Shown here: piece by piece, positions 25,962 to 64,000 of the stretch | How positions within the stretch are numbered: the first letter of the stretch is position 1 | Layout of the letters: each line of letters opens with the position of its first letter | Assembly (NCBI GenBank): GCA_051362555.1 | Contig: CM120649.1 | Span: forward strand, 14,384,001-14,448,000 | Direction of reading: 5' to 3' | Length of the DNA stretch: 64,000 nt | Origin: Lingula anatina | Taxonomy: Eukaryota; Animalia; Brachiopoda | Program-made: the position numbers and the translations under genes | Notes under the pieces: generated by a model | Database searches by the model: none | What the model was told of the DNA's origin: nothing | Seen by the model: only the letters and a program-made list of their open reading frames with translations

Positions 25962-28849
25962 ATTTTTACTGTGATATCTATTTATTCAGGACTGTATTTG
26001 CAATCGAAAGCTTAGGCTTTGAAATATATCTCCGTGTTTCTTTGAAATTTTAATTTGCTCAATGTCCAGTTCGCTCAAAGATAATCATCAAAATGTTAAG
26101 CAATTTAGTTCATCACTATGTAAAGTCACTGTTGTCTTTATAATAGTTGCTTAGAAAAGGTTCCTATTCATGGAGGAGACAATTGAAAGGCTTGTATCAA
26201 AAGATAGTGTGAATGTGAAATTAATTTCAAGGGATTTAAAAACTGAGCAACTGAGCTTTTAATCCATTTGTTTCTAGCAAACTTACATAGGCCTACGGCA
26301 TAACTTATTGCTATCTACCGTGAGTGTATTTTGTATTTATTAAAAGTCCTCTTTACACTCAGGAAAATTTAGATCTGAAAATAAAGGTAAAACCGGTGCT
26401 TGCTCAAGTCATATGTTATAAAACAGTTGACTTGACATGTCTTACTAGATATTTCAAATATTACTCTGAGCATCTGGTAATTTTATCGGCCAAACAATGC
26501 TTATTGGAATAAGACTTTTTCTACCATTGTTCGTAATGAAATTCGGATTTTAGGAAGATTTTTTTTTAATATAAGACTTTTCATAATGCGTTTTGATTAT
26601 TTTAAACGTGATGCTAGGACCTCTGATTGAGCGTCTTTGATTCTTGTGCCATTGTTGAACTTATTTTAGTTTTTTATGCTGTTATATACATATACATGTA
26701 TTTTGCATAAATACTGCTGACCTTGGTTTTTTGTGAAAAGCTTTTGGTTATATTGTACATACATGTTTTTCATTTCGTCTTGCAGATCCAGAAAATATTA
26801 ATGATGACAAGTCAAGGGAGATATGTAATATACATTGTATGATAAGTATTATTGAATGTTTGGGGTGGTATTATATATGATGAATGAATTATATGATGAA
26901 TAAACTTGTCTATTTTTACAAAAAAATGCTTTTATGTTTATTTCATTTTAATAAAAATTAAAACAATCATTTGGGATTACCCTTAACAATTCAGTAGGAA
27001 GGGTTACCTGTATTTTCCTGTACAACAGATATGACAATGATAATAAATCAATAGATGAATAACTTCAGGACAATGATAAGGTCAGGATCAAACAAAAATT
27101 GAAGCGGAAATTGCTAATTTGCCAAAAAGTCAAAAGGAAAGGGAGAGATTAAAACTACGACTAATAGACCTGATTGGCTGTTAAACAAGAAAAGAAAACG
27201 TGTACATGTAATTATCCTATCCTTACCCTGACTGCATCGCATCTGTGATACTTATTGTGCTACGTCTCAACTGTAGCACTGCATTAAACACCACATTGCT
27301 ATTTTCACCAAAACTGGGATTTATTCGAGATAGCCTAAAAATGAGGCTGGTCGCACAGTGTGACGTCATGCCAGACGTCATGCGACAAGAAAACGTGCGA
27401 AAATCCGCGTGAGGTGGTTTTGACATTTTATCGGTAAAGATGAAACTCAGTGCGCTGGAAATGTCGTCTCAAGAAACAATATAATAGATACCCATTTGGA
27501 TGTCCCGGAGTGTCCCGTGTAATGTAGTTTTCGTTGATGGAGGCAGTATATGCTTCGCTTGTTCGCTAGTATAGTACCTCATTTATTTCATTCGTCTATC
27601 TGCTTATTTCTCAGCAAAATATTTCATCAGCTATTTCATGTCACTATTAAAATAGGCTCTACCAACAACAGCTAAAACAGAGTTATTACTTGACCTAGGC
27701 ACTGAAATACAAGAATGGCAATAACTTCAGTTTTAGCTGTTGATGGAAGAACCTATTATTATAACTATTTATTTTCCATTTATCTGCATCTGTTTCAAGT
27801 GTGTCTGCCTGCGACGAGCACGTGCTTTTTTTTTTCCCAAAAGCTATAATCAGTGCATTATAATCACTGTATCAAAACCCGGTGGCTAAAGGGTCCTCGG
27901 GCAGGTCAACAGGTGGCGCTGGTAAAGCGCGGTGACCGTAAACCAGGTAAGAAGTACATCAGCCGTATCGTTACCACACAATAGTACAGTTACGATGAAA
28001 GTTTATTTATCACAACCTTACTGTCAGTTAGAATTATTTCTATGCCAAAATTTGATCATTTTTCTTTGGCGTGGAAATAACTAAATTTAACTGCTTTAAA
28101 ATCGAAACGGATGGCCGTAAATGCCTTTATTTTATTGATTAATCACGTCTGTTTTTTTTTTTTCATAAGGTTTTTATGTGTACTCCCTGTATTCAAGGAA
28201 AATGCGTGTGCACATGTGCATCGAACAAAAGAGATCTAACTCCAATACATATTTTCTTTACCAACAAATATGGGTATATTTTCACAGAACAATATACATG
28301 TAGTATCACGTTCATGAAAGTATATGCCTCAATATGTATCACCCCTTGGCTAGTGATTAAAAAAACTGATAATCAAGACCATTATTTTTCCACTTCATAA
28401 AAGATCACGCGATAGGCTATTTAGATTTTGAAAACAGTTTGGGTCAATGAAAATATCTAAAATGTATTTTGCCAATCCTTTAATAATAACCTTTTAAAAG
28501 AAAATGAACAATATTGATGTGGCTTGGTTTATTTCAGTAAATATTCCATACAAACTCATTGTTTCTTTAACTTTCCATCCATGAAAAAAAAAAAAAAAAA
28601 AAAAAAAAAAAACAATCGAGAAAGTTTGTGCGTGCAAATTGTATCCCAAGGAGAAAGGAAAAAGGCACGAAATACCCATTATGTTCCGTCTCATCTGTCG
28701 CACACACAAATTTAATTACATGAGAATGCGCCTCATAGTACAGAAATCCAAAACACATTCGGGGCCTGGTAAACACCCCCAGGACAAAATGCATAACAAG
28801 ATGCACCACACTAAATTATGATTCATCAGACAGAACATAGCTATGCAAC

Positions 28850-28857
28850 TATATAAG
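28850..28857 (+). promoter_or_regulatory. Candidate TATA box for the serpin gene
   Basis: TATATAAG about 350-380 bp upstream of the candidate ATGs. Confidence 0.35.
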
Positions 28858-29228
28858 GGAAGAACAAGAGATCGTTGTTTCAGATCCTGGCCAAGTTTGG
28901 AACACACAGCAACAAAGCGAATCAGTGGCCGTCATCGAGAACCTGGGAGACGCCGCTCATTTCAAGACCTTTCGGCTACTGTAGAAGTAACGGCATTGAA
29001 GATCGAGATCTATTTATATATCCTAGGCACCAAGCGAAGCCGCGTTAAACGGTAGAATATCTGCTGTAGTAATTTTTGCTGGGTTTTAAGATAAGCACAA
29101 AACATCGATGCATTCTAAGGTCTTACAAAAGTATAGCTGCAAACTTACTATCTAACTACAAAAACAACAATTTGCCAATCATAGCCGATTTATTTACAAA
29201 CATGCGGTTAAAATGCTCTATTTTCAAA

Positions 29229-30149
29229 ATGGCCGTCATACTATTGATGGCCATGATGCTTCCTCTCCTGTGCAAGTCGGCCTTCACTGCAGATGTCAGC
29301 GATACAATAGTGGACCTGTCCGTCAAGTGGTTCAAGAATATCGTCAAATCTCACAAGACCGGGACTTTCATATTTTCACCGTTCCACATGATGTCATCCT
29401 TGGCATCCACGATGCTTTGCACCAGTGGTGACACACGTGACGAAATCGCCCGACTGTTATCAATTAACGTCTCACGTGATCTCTCAAGTAACGAGGTCAT
29501 CGAAGAGGTTTCAAAAGCTTTACAGGCCTATTCGCGCTATTTCCCCGACTGTATTTCCCCCAAAACAATGTACATTAAAAGCCTCACGAGAGTGCCCGTT
29601 TTCTATGAAAGAGACTACACCTTCGTTGAACAGCTAGCAGAACACTACGAATTCCTAAACCCCCAAATCAACACAGCCAACTACAGCAGGACAGACACAG
29701 ACACGAGTTTACAAGCCTTTAGTGCCTTAATGAATGATTTCACTCGTGGTGAAAGCAGAAATCTTTTTAGAGGTCTCAACCCATCTACTTCACGGCCTTC
29801 AGATATCCCATTGGTGATGGCGAACGTGGTCCCTTCTATAGGCCTGAAGGCCGCCTGGAAGTTCAATCCTAACCTGACACGTTATACCGACTTCTTTGTC
29901 AACAAGAATCTAAAGAAGAAAGTGTCTATGATGTTAGAAATGCCAAGGTCAGATAACACAGTCCAGTACAAAGACTCCAGAATCTACAAGGCACAAGCGA
30001 TAAAAGCGCCGATGGACACTGGTAAGACAATTATTAGATATTTAAAATAAATAAATCAATAGACACCAAATTTTTAAGGAAACAAGTTATTCTAATATTG
30101 ATTTTTGTACATGGCTACCGGATAATTTATGCATCCTTAACTACTTATA

Positions 30150-30216
<67 letters not shown>

Positions 30217-31174
30217 CTGAAAGACCATATCAAATATAATAATCCGATACTGACATTGCTTTCAAATGAAAATTAAATATCAGTTCCTCAAGTCAATTGC
30301 AAAGTCACTTTCGCAAGCAAAATATATAGGACATCTTTCCGAGACTTTCTAGTCTTTCTAGACTTTCTCAATACTGTTTTGAATCGCTGGCAACCCTGAT
30401 TGCGCTAGGTGGTGGCGGAGTTAAAAAAAAACGCCTAAACGTACATTCAAGTAACGACTTTTTTAATTTCCACGAATTGTTCTTTAATTGGTATTTGGTG
30501 CGAATGCGTATTTATGCCTAAAATGGGAATTATCGTACATTTTAGGCAACCCAAGGAGACCTATGGACATCACTATAGTCCTCCCTGACAATGCAGAGGG
30601 TTTGGTCAAAGCATCAGAATGGTTGCCAGAGTTACTGCGAGGCATCAGCTGGGATCATGCCCATATTCGCAAGCTGTACGTTCCAGAGATTGATTATTCA
30701 ATCGTAGCTCTCGACCGGTTGAATGCGAAACATTTTGGTTTGAATACACTAAAGTTATTCCGAGAGGGTGCCGAAATGTCCGTTCTTGGGGAAGAGTCCG
30801 GCAACACCTGGGTTTTTGATCTCGTACACCAATCCTTGTTCAAATTGGATGACGGACGGCGCAATGAACGCGTTATCACATCATATAAGATCTATTACCT
30901 GCCCGAGTTCAAACTCAACCGACCGTTCTTCTTTTTCTTGACAGCTTACCCACGAAACATAGTGTTTCTGGGTAGGGTTGAGGACCCAGAGCAGATTGTG
31001 TCAAGTGGACAGACACGAACCAGTCAACCAGAGGAGCTGGATTTGGCGACCACAGTTGGCAGAAGTATCAACGAACCTGCGCCTGCGCACTCCGCTGAGG
31101 TTGTTCGCACTCTCAGCGATTTGAAGGTCATATGTATTGAGCTCCTTACCTGGGGCTTTTTCTTTCTTATTTAG
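29229..31174 (+). CDS. Divergent, probably non-inhibitory serpin with signal peptide and hydrophobic C-terminal extension; exons 29229 (or 29202)-30021 and 30546-31174
   Basis: Serpin motifs FIFSPF..SLA...SGDTRDEI, FFVN..KKVSMM, ITIVLPD..GL, LVHQS, FKLNRPFFFFL and IVFLGRVEDP. Phase-1 intron G|GTAAGA...TTTTAG|GC joins the two ORFs in frame. Confidence 0.88.
30152..30212. repeat. (TA)n microsatellite; others at about 40054-40106 and 44913-44967
   Basis: Directly visible. Confidence 0.95.
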
Positions 31175-31925
31175 ACACTTTTTTTTCGGCGGGAGTATTT
31201 GGCACAGTTTTCGTATATGTGGCGCAATATTTAGTGTCGGGTTTGTGTTTCTTTTATTAACCGAAAGCCTAGCAGTTCACTGCCTTGGAAGCGATCGAGC
31301 TGTATGTTAGTGAAGTCAGATATGAACTTGGTGGCTCCCAAATGTTTTTGCCTCTTGTACCCATATTTATCGTTTGGTTTTTAGTATAACTTTATAACTA
31401 TATGTTGCTTCCATTTTAGTATCCACGTATGCATGTTAACTGCATGATGCATATTTACCGGGTATATATTTAAAATTTACAATTATTTCTTTCGAAATTG
31501 TACAAATGCATCGTGCTGCAGGTAAAGAACATACTGATATCCGTGCAAACGCATGCATTGGCACGTGAATAAATTGAACTGATATGCATTAGACTTGGCA
31601 TATCCCTTTGGCTCCACTACCACCAATTCTTGAGGAACAGATTTTCTTTGCTATCATCTGAAATGTATGAACTTTGCCTAACATGTAACTGGAATCTTCG
31701 CACAGCTCAACAATTTTCCCGGGCACAATGTGTCCCAGTTCAAGGGGGTTGAAATCCTGGCATTTTGTCCTTTTCACATGCGGTACGCCTCAAAAAATAT
31801 GAGTAAATACATATCCTGGCTCTGTTCGTCCCAAATGTGCCCATGAAATATAACACGTACTGAGCTTACTTATGTCCTGATTTGGTGAGCCTTTCGATGC
31901 ACACTTTAAAGTGTACTGTGCGTAA

Positions 31926-32333
31926 GGCCCCTATTTCACACAGACCACGAATCCCACGAATCGCCAGGAATTGACAATTTTCAGGATTCGTGAGATTTTG
32001 CCAATTTTCTGGTCTACTTCGACACGCTCTACGATTCGGTTACGATACAGGTGCGATAGTGTTACGAATATTCGTGAGATTCGGCTGGAATCGCACGAAT
32101 ATTGACCAGAAATTCACTACGATTTTTTTGGAATCGGGAGTTCGTGGCCAAAACTTTGAACAGCTCAAAATTTTTTCCACGAATTCCCGATTGATCAGGA
32201 ATTGCAAGAACTGACTACGATTATATACGAATCTGTTAAGAACTTCACGAACTGATTACGATTCAACCACGAATCCTGAAATTTTCAATTCCTGGCGATT
32301 CGTGGGATTCGTGGTCTGTGTGAAATAGGGGCA
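31926..32333. mobile_element. PIF/Harbinger-type MITE
   Basis: About 65-bp near-perfect TIRs (GGCCCCTATTTCACACAGACCACGAATCCCACGAATCGCCAGGAATTG...) with TAA duplication at 31923-31925 and 32334-32336. Many internal CACGAA/TACGA motifs. Confidence 0.88.
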
Positions 32334-32598
32334 TAAGAGACAAAATGCCAGGATATGCAATTTTGGACCTACTCAACGAACTTCTGCCTTGGGCGTTCCA
32401 CCCCCTTGGAGGTATGTCAACTGTATCTTTACATTCCGCATAGGTTTTGTTGTTTTGCAGCTACTATATATCGTGTAATTGATAGCACTGTAAGAGCGTA
32501 TTCAGAACAGCGGACTAACTGATCCGCGAATTAAATATGGCGTCTCACTAAAAAGGTTGGCGCCGTTTAGATACTGAATAGATTCCACAAGGGGAATA

Positions 32599-33496
32599 CT
32601 ATGGGCGGCCAAAAGGGCAAAAAATCCTGTCGTCGATTCAGTTATGTTTCGTCGATTCACTGCCTTCCCATCGATTCAGTTTCAAGTTTAAACGATCCTG
32701 TCATAAATTCAACATCTACTTTCGTCAATTCAACTGTCAAACATTTCTCATCTACGGTGTATTAAAACCAATGCTGTCACTATTTTCGTCGATCGTGTAA
32801 CTATTCTCGTCGATCGTCTAATCTCGTCGATCGTCCAACTAATCTCGTCGATCGTGTAACTATTCTCATCGATCGTCTAATCTCGTCGATCGTGTAACTA
32901 TTCTCATCGATCGTCTATTCTCGTCGATCGTCTCATCGATCGATCGCCAGATGGCGCTGCGGTAGCACATTGGCCTATCACATGACTATCAAAATGGCAG
33001 ACAACAAAATGATTGCTAGTGAAATAAGAACATTTTCTCAACAATTTCAATTTTAGTTGTTAATAATTAAAAGATATTCGGTTGTAGGGACATTATTTTC
33101 TAGTTGTGCTTAACTCTGAACATGGCTGGCCGAGTTAAAAAATTACCGCGTGATTGACAGACAGAAGCACGTGTTGCTACCGCAGCGCCCTCTGGCGATC
33201 GATCGATGAGACGATCGATAAGAATAGTTACACGATCGATGAGATTAGACGATCGACGAGAATAGTTACACGATCGACGAAAACAGTTTGACGATCGACG
33301 AGATTAGTTACACGATCGACGAAAATAGTGACAGCATTGGTTTTAATACACCATAGATGAGAAATGTTTGATAATTGAATTGACGAAAGTACATGTAGAT
33401 GTTGAATTTATGACAGGATCGTTTAAACTTGAAACTGAATCGATGGGAAGGCAGTGAATCGACGACATGAATTTTTGCCCTTTTGGCCGCCCATAG
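32599..33496. mobile_element. Foldback element with 320-370-bp arms, nested inside a MITE (32500-33559)
   Basis: Arms at 32599-32967 and 33175-33496 are inverted copies containing TCGTCGATCG tandem subrepeats. AATA is duplicated on both sides, and the rejoined flanks reconstitute the 2946-3114 MITE family. Confidence 0.88.
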
Positions 33497-34014
33497 AATA
33501 CGCAACAAACAATCAAGTGGTTCGGCCATATTTGGTCCGCGGATGTGTTAGTTCTGAATGTGCTGTTCTGACTGCGTTCTAAATTGTACAGCACGTCAGT
33601 TTTCCAAAAGATCTTTATGCATGCTTAATCATAAGCAGCACTTTCAAATGAGGTGAGGGGGTTCTTATCACGTAAATTTGAACATTTACCCACTTGGTTG
33701 TTCAACTTCAGCAATGGTATAAAACAGACCGGATTTGGTTTATAGCAGACCTTTTTCCCTCCAACGAGGCCGTTGGGCCTGTGAAGCAAGTTAACAAATA
33801 CACAATTAAGTCGCCAACAAGAGCAGTACTTCTCGGCATATCTGACTTAGCAGCTCTCTTCATAGGCAGAATACCGTGTTGGCAAATTAAATTGGAAGTA
33901 TTAGATACAATTGTCTTTATTTTTTCATTTTTGTATGTGTGTGGGCGGAGGAGGATGCACGTATTACCAAGAAAAAATACAGCAATATGAACATGACATT
34001 GTAGAATCGAGTAC

Positions 34015-34020
34015 TTTATT
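34015..34020 (-). terminator. Candidate polyadenylation signal of MYO7A (implies a 3' UTR of about 2.3 kb)
   Basis: AATAAA on the minus strand (plus-strand TTTATT) at the end of an AT-rich region downstream of the stop. Position only; other signals are possible. Confidence 0.35.
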
Positions 34021-36319
34021 GTGAAGATGTGTAAATGCATTTATATATATATATATATATTCTAAATATAATGGCAGTAAATATACAATGCTAAATGTTA
34101 ATATATATCATTTTATATATATATCACGTAAGCTGTGAGAATAGATGTTTCTTTTCAAATACCATGCCTTTTCTTTCTCATTACGATTTTGTAATTGTTA
34201 GATTAAATATATGGTAATTATTACAACCCATTCAGGCTTCTTAACAGAGTAACAAACAAATTTTATATTGTAAACAATATATGCTTTGCTGTAAAGCAAC
34301 TTCATGCAGTTTCTAATTCTCGTCTTCTCTGAAAGCTCATAAATTAAGCATCATCTTCATAACGAACAAAACGTTCAACCGTTGAATAAAAACTAAACAA
34401 TATCATTAACTGAAAGACATGTCAAATCTGCAACAAAATACCAAACAAAGGGAAACATCTGGAGGAAAAAGGTGGTTCCTTTTTAATAACGACAGAGCTG
34501 CCCCATACAATCTAGTCACGTGGCTCCATCTACAGTCTGAAAAATTATCTACAGTAGTGCCATCTATTGGCAATTTGCATTAACATACATGGTCCCTTTT
34601 ATTTGCATCTTGTAGTATTTAGAATAGCAACACTACACCACATACAAATACATAGCCAGCAACTGTCATCTAAGGGAAATTTTGTAAATTTAAACATGTA
34701 CCTACTAACAAATCAATTAAAGAGATATTTTTTAAATTGACACTTTCATCATTTTTTTCTGGCAACTATTTGCCCAATGCATAAAGAGATTTTTTCTTCT
34801 AAGGAATGTTCTCTGTTGACATGATGAGCAAAACTCTTGGAATGAAGTCATCTGAACCTGTAAACTTATCTACTTCTACTGGGTACTCAGCAAAGAAGAA
34901 TAAAAAATCCAAAAGCAAATGGGATTAAAAAAACGATGATCATCACAACCCTAACTGATTCTATGAAAAAAGAGAAAAAGAAACTCATCACAGGCAAAAA
35001 TAATGAGATATACCATATTGCTGAAACATGAGGGTACATGTGCCTAGGATCCAGAGCACATAGTTGAATATCCACCAAAATAATCCTTTTTAAGCCAAGC
35101 TCACAGGTGCATACTACATGAACATACTGGTACCCTACATTCCACCATTTTGAATCAATATCCTTAACAAATATGCATAAAGAACAAATATTCAGCAAAG
35201 TGCACTTTTCAAATAAATGATATGCTGCAATATATACCATGGTAACTATCATATTTTGTCTAGCAGGATTTCCTTTTGATAACAATAAAAAGGATTCAAA
35301 ATAAATGACATTTCTTCTGGGGGAAATCACAAATCCTTTTAGACGTGCCTTCCAGGCAGTTTTGCCCAAAGTCCAGATCACTATTAAGATGGAAATGAGT
35401 AAATATCAAGCTTGACATTCCCATTTGGTGAAATGTTTGCCTTAATTCTCTGATATTCACCAAGCATACTGTTTGTGCTAATCTGACTGTTTAAATGTGC
35501 AGGCGTTATTAGTAAGAATTCACTTCTAATAAATTAATTAGGTATAGGTATGTTGACTTGGGGGAAGTACAGGTTATGCTGTACTTCACTGTGGGTTTAT
35601 GGTGACAACCTTCTGTGTCTAGACTCTACCATGACAAAGTTTCTTGATTGTTTTCATTTCTGTCTATCAACAAATCAAGACATACTTTTACTAGTGCTCG
35701 CATTGCTTTCTCCCTTACATTAAATTAATAAAAAAAAGAGTTAAATAAAATCCAGGATATACGATGTATAATAACTTTTCATGTCTATACTAAACAGATT
35801 ATGATATATTAGAATACAAATATATTTTAATGACAATGAGAATGTTTTATTGCTACATGCATCTATCCTATCATGCACTCAAAAAATTTCAACTTTCAAT
35901 TTAAGTTTTTCCATTTTTTTCTTTCGCTTTTTAGACCATCTATTCCATAATGTGCTATATGAATATCCCAGAATGCTGTTGTGTCCATGGTATCTAACTG
36001 ATCTGACCTTCTTTTATGTTCTTCCTTTACATGAATTGCATTCCAAGACAGAATGAAGAAATATCCATATCATAGTATATATTTCATATTTACAGAAACT
36101 GTAAATTATCACGCCGTTAATATCAAAACTCCATTTCATTTCTGTTTCAATGGTTATCATGGTTTTGGTGAAAAACCACACATTTGCCTGTCATTTAAGT
36201 TAATTTAATGGATTCAGTGTATAAATAAATGCTAACTTCTCAATGCATCCCATAATGTTCAGGTCATGTGACAAATAATTTTTGGTCATGTGACAAATGA
36301 TGTTCTGGTCATGTGACAG

Positions 36320-63906
<27,587 letters not shown>

Positions 63907-64000
63907 CTAAAATACAGCATAAAAGATTGCAAATGATTGTGAAATATGCTAATATTGTGAAAGCATTTTATAGTGCATTGAAACATCCTTGTCAATATTT

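Larger units (their letters stand above)
20055..28098 (+). repeat. Tandem segmental duplication, unit 3 (complete; about 3.3 kb of its intron replaced by other sequence)
   Basis: Colinear with 2345-10844 except for about 21897-25230 and the absence of the Tc1 and MITE insertions found in unit 1. Confidence 0.9.

Noticed and set aside
29076-29201. N-terminal extension of the serpin given by the ORF track
   Set aside because: It starts at TTG. The signal peptide begins at ATG 29229 (or 29202), so the extension is probably UTR or intron.
31590-32420. Possible older element hosting the Harbinger MITE (inverted ATCCTGGCATTTTGTC at about 31755 and 32340-32355)
   Set aside because: Only a short inverted match; I could not define termini or a TSD.
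32770-32945. Short regularly spaced repeats resembling a CRISPR array
   Set aside because: There are no unique spacers or cas genes and the context is eukaryotic. They are subrepeats of a foldback arm mirrored at 33195-33325.
34887-35381. 164-aa minus-strand ORF with a hydrophobic end
   Set aside because: Non-ATG start, located in the presumed AT-rich MYO7A 3' UTR, and the composition reflects T-rich sequence with no recognisable motif.

Overview
AT-rich animal genomic DNA, probably from an invertebrate (spliceosomal introns, microsatellites, no prokaryotic features). I cannot identify the species. (1) 1-28.1 kb is a tandem-duplicated cluster of small two-exon genes encoding single-pass membrane proteins (signal peptide, short Arg/Gly-rich ectodomain, TM helix, Cys cluster, PY-motif tail). 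It holds one distant paralog, two intact close copies, and one truncated copy interrupted by a young, internally deleted, chromodomain-bearing Gypsy LTR element that carries an extra ORF. (2) 29.2-31.2 kb is a divergent two-exon serpin with no inhibitory hinge and a hydrophobic, GPI-signal-like C-terminus. (3) 31.9-33.6 kb contains nested MITE and foldback elements. (4) 36.3-64 kb (minus strand) is the 3' half of myosin VIIa (FERM1-SH3-MyTH4-FERM2); I traced 20 exons with consistent phases. The most striking features lie in this gene. An 875-codon intronic exon has its own start codon and a phase-0 donor that mimics the end of the canonical MyTH4 exon, predicting a motor-less isoform. There is also a textbook U12 AT-AC intron and three frame-preserving microexons (6, 12 and 15 nt). 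All coordinates were read by eye and no database searches were run.
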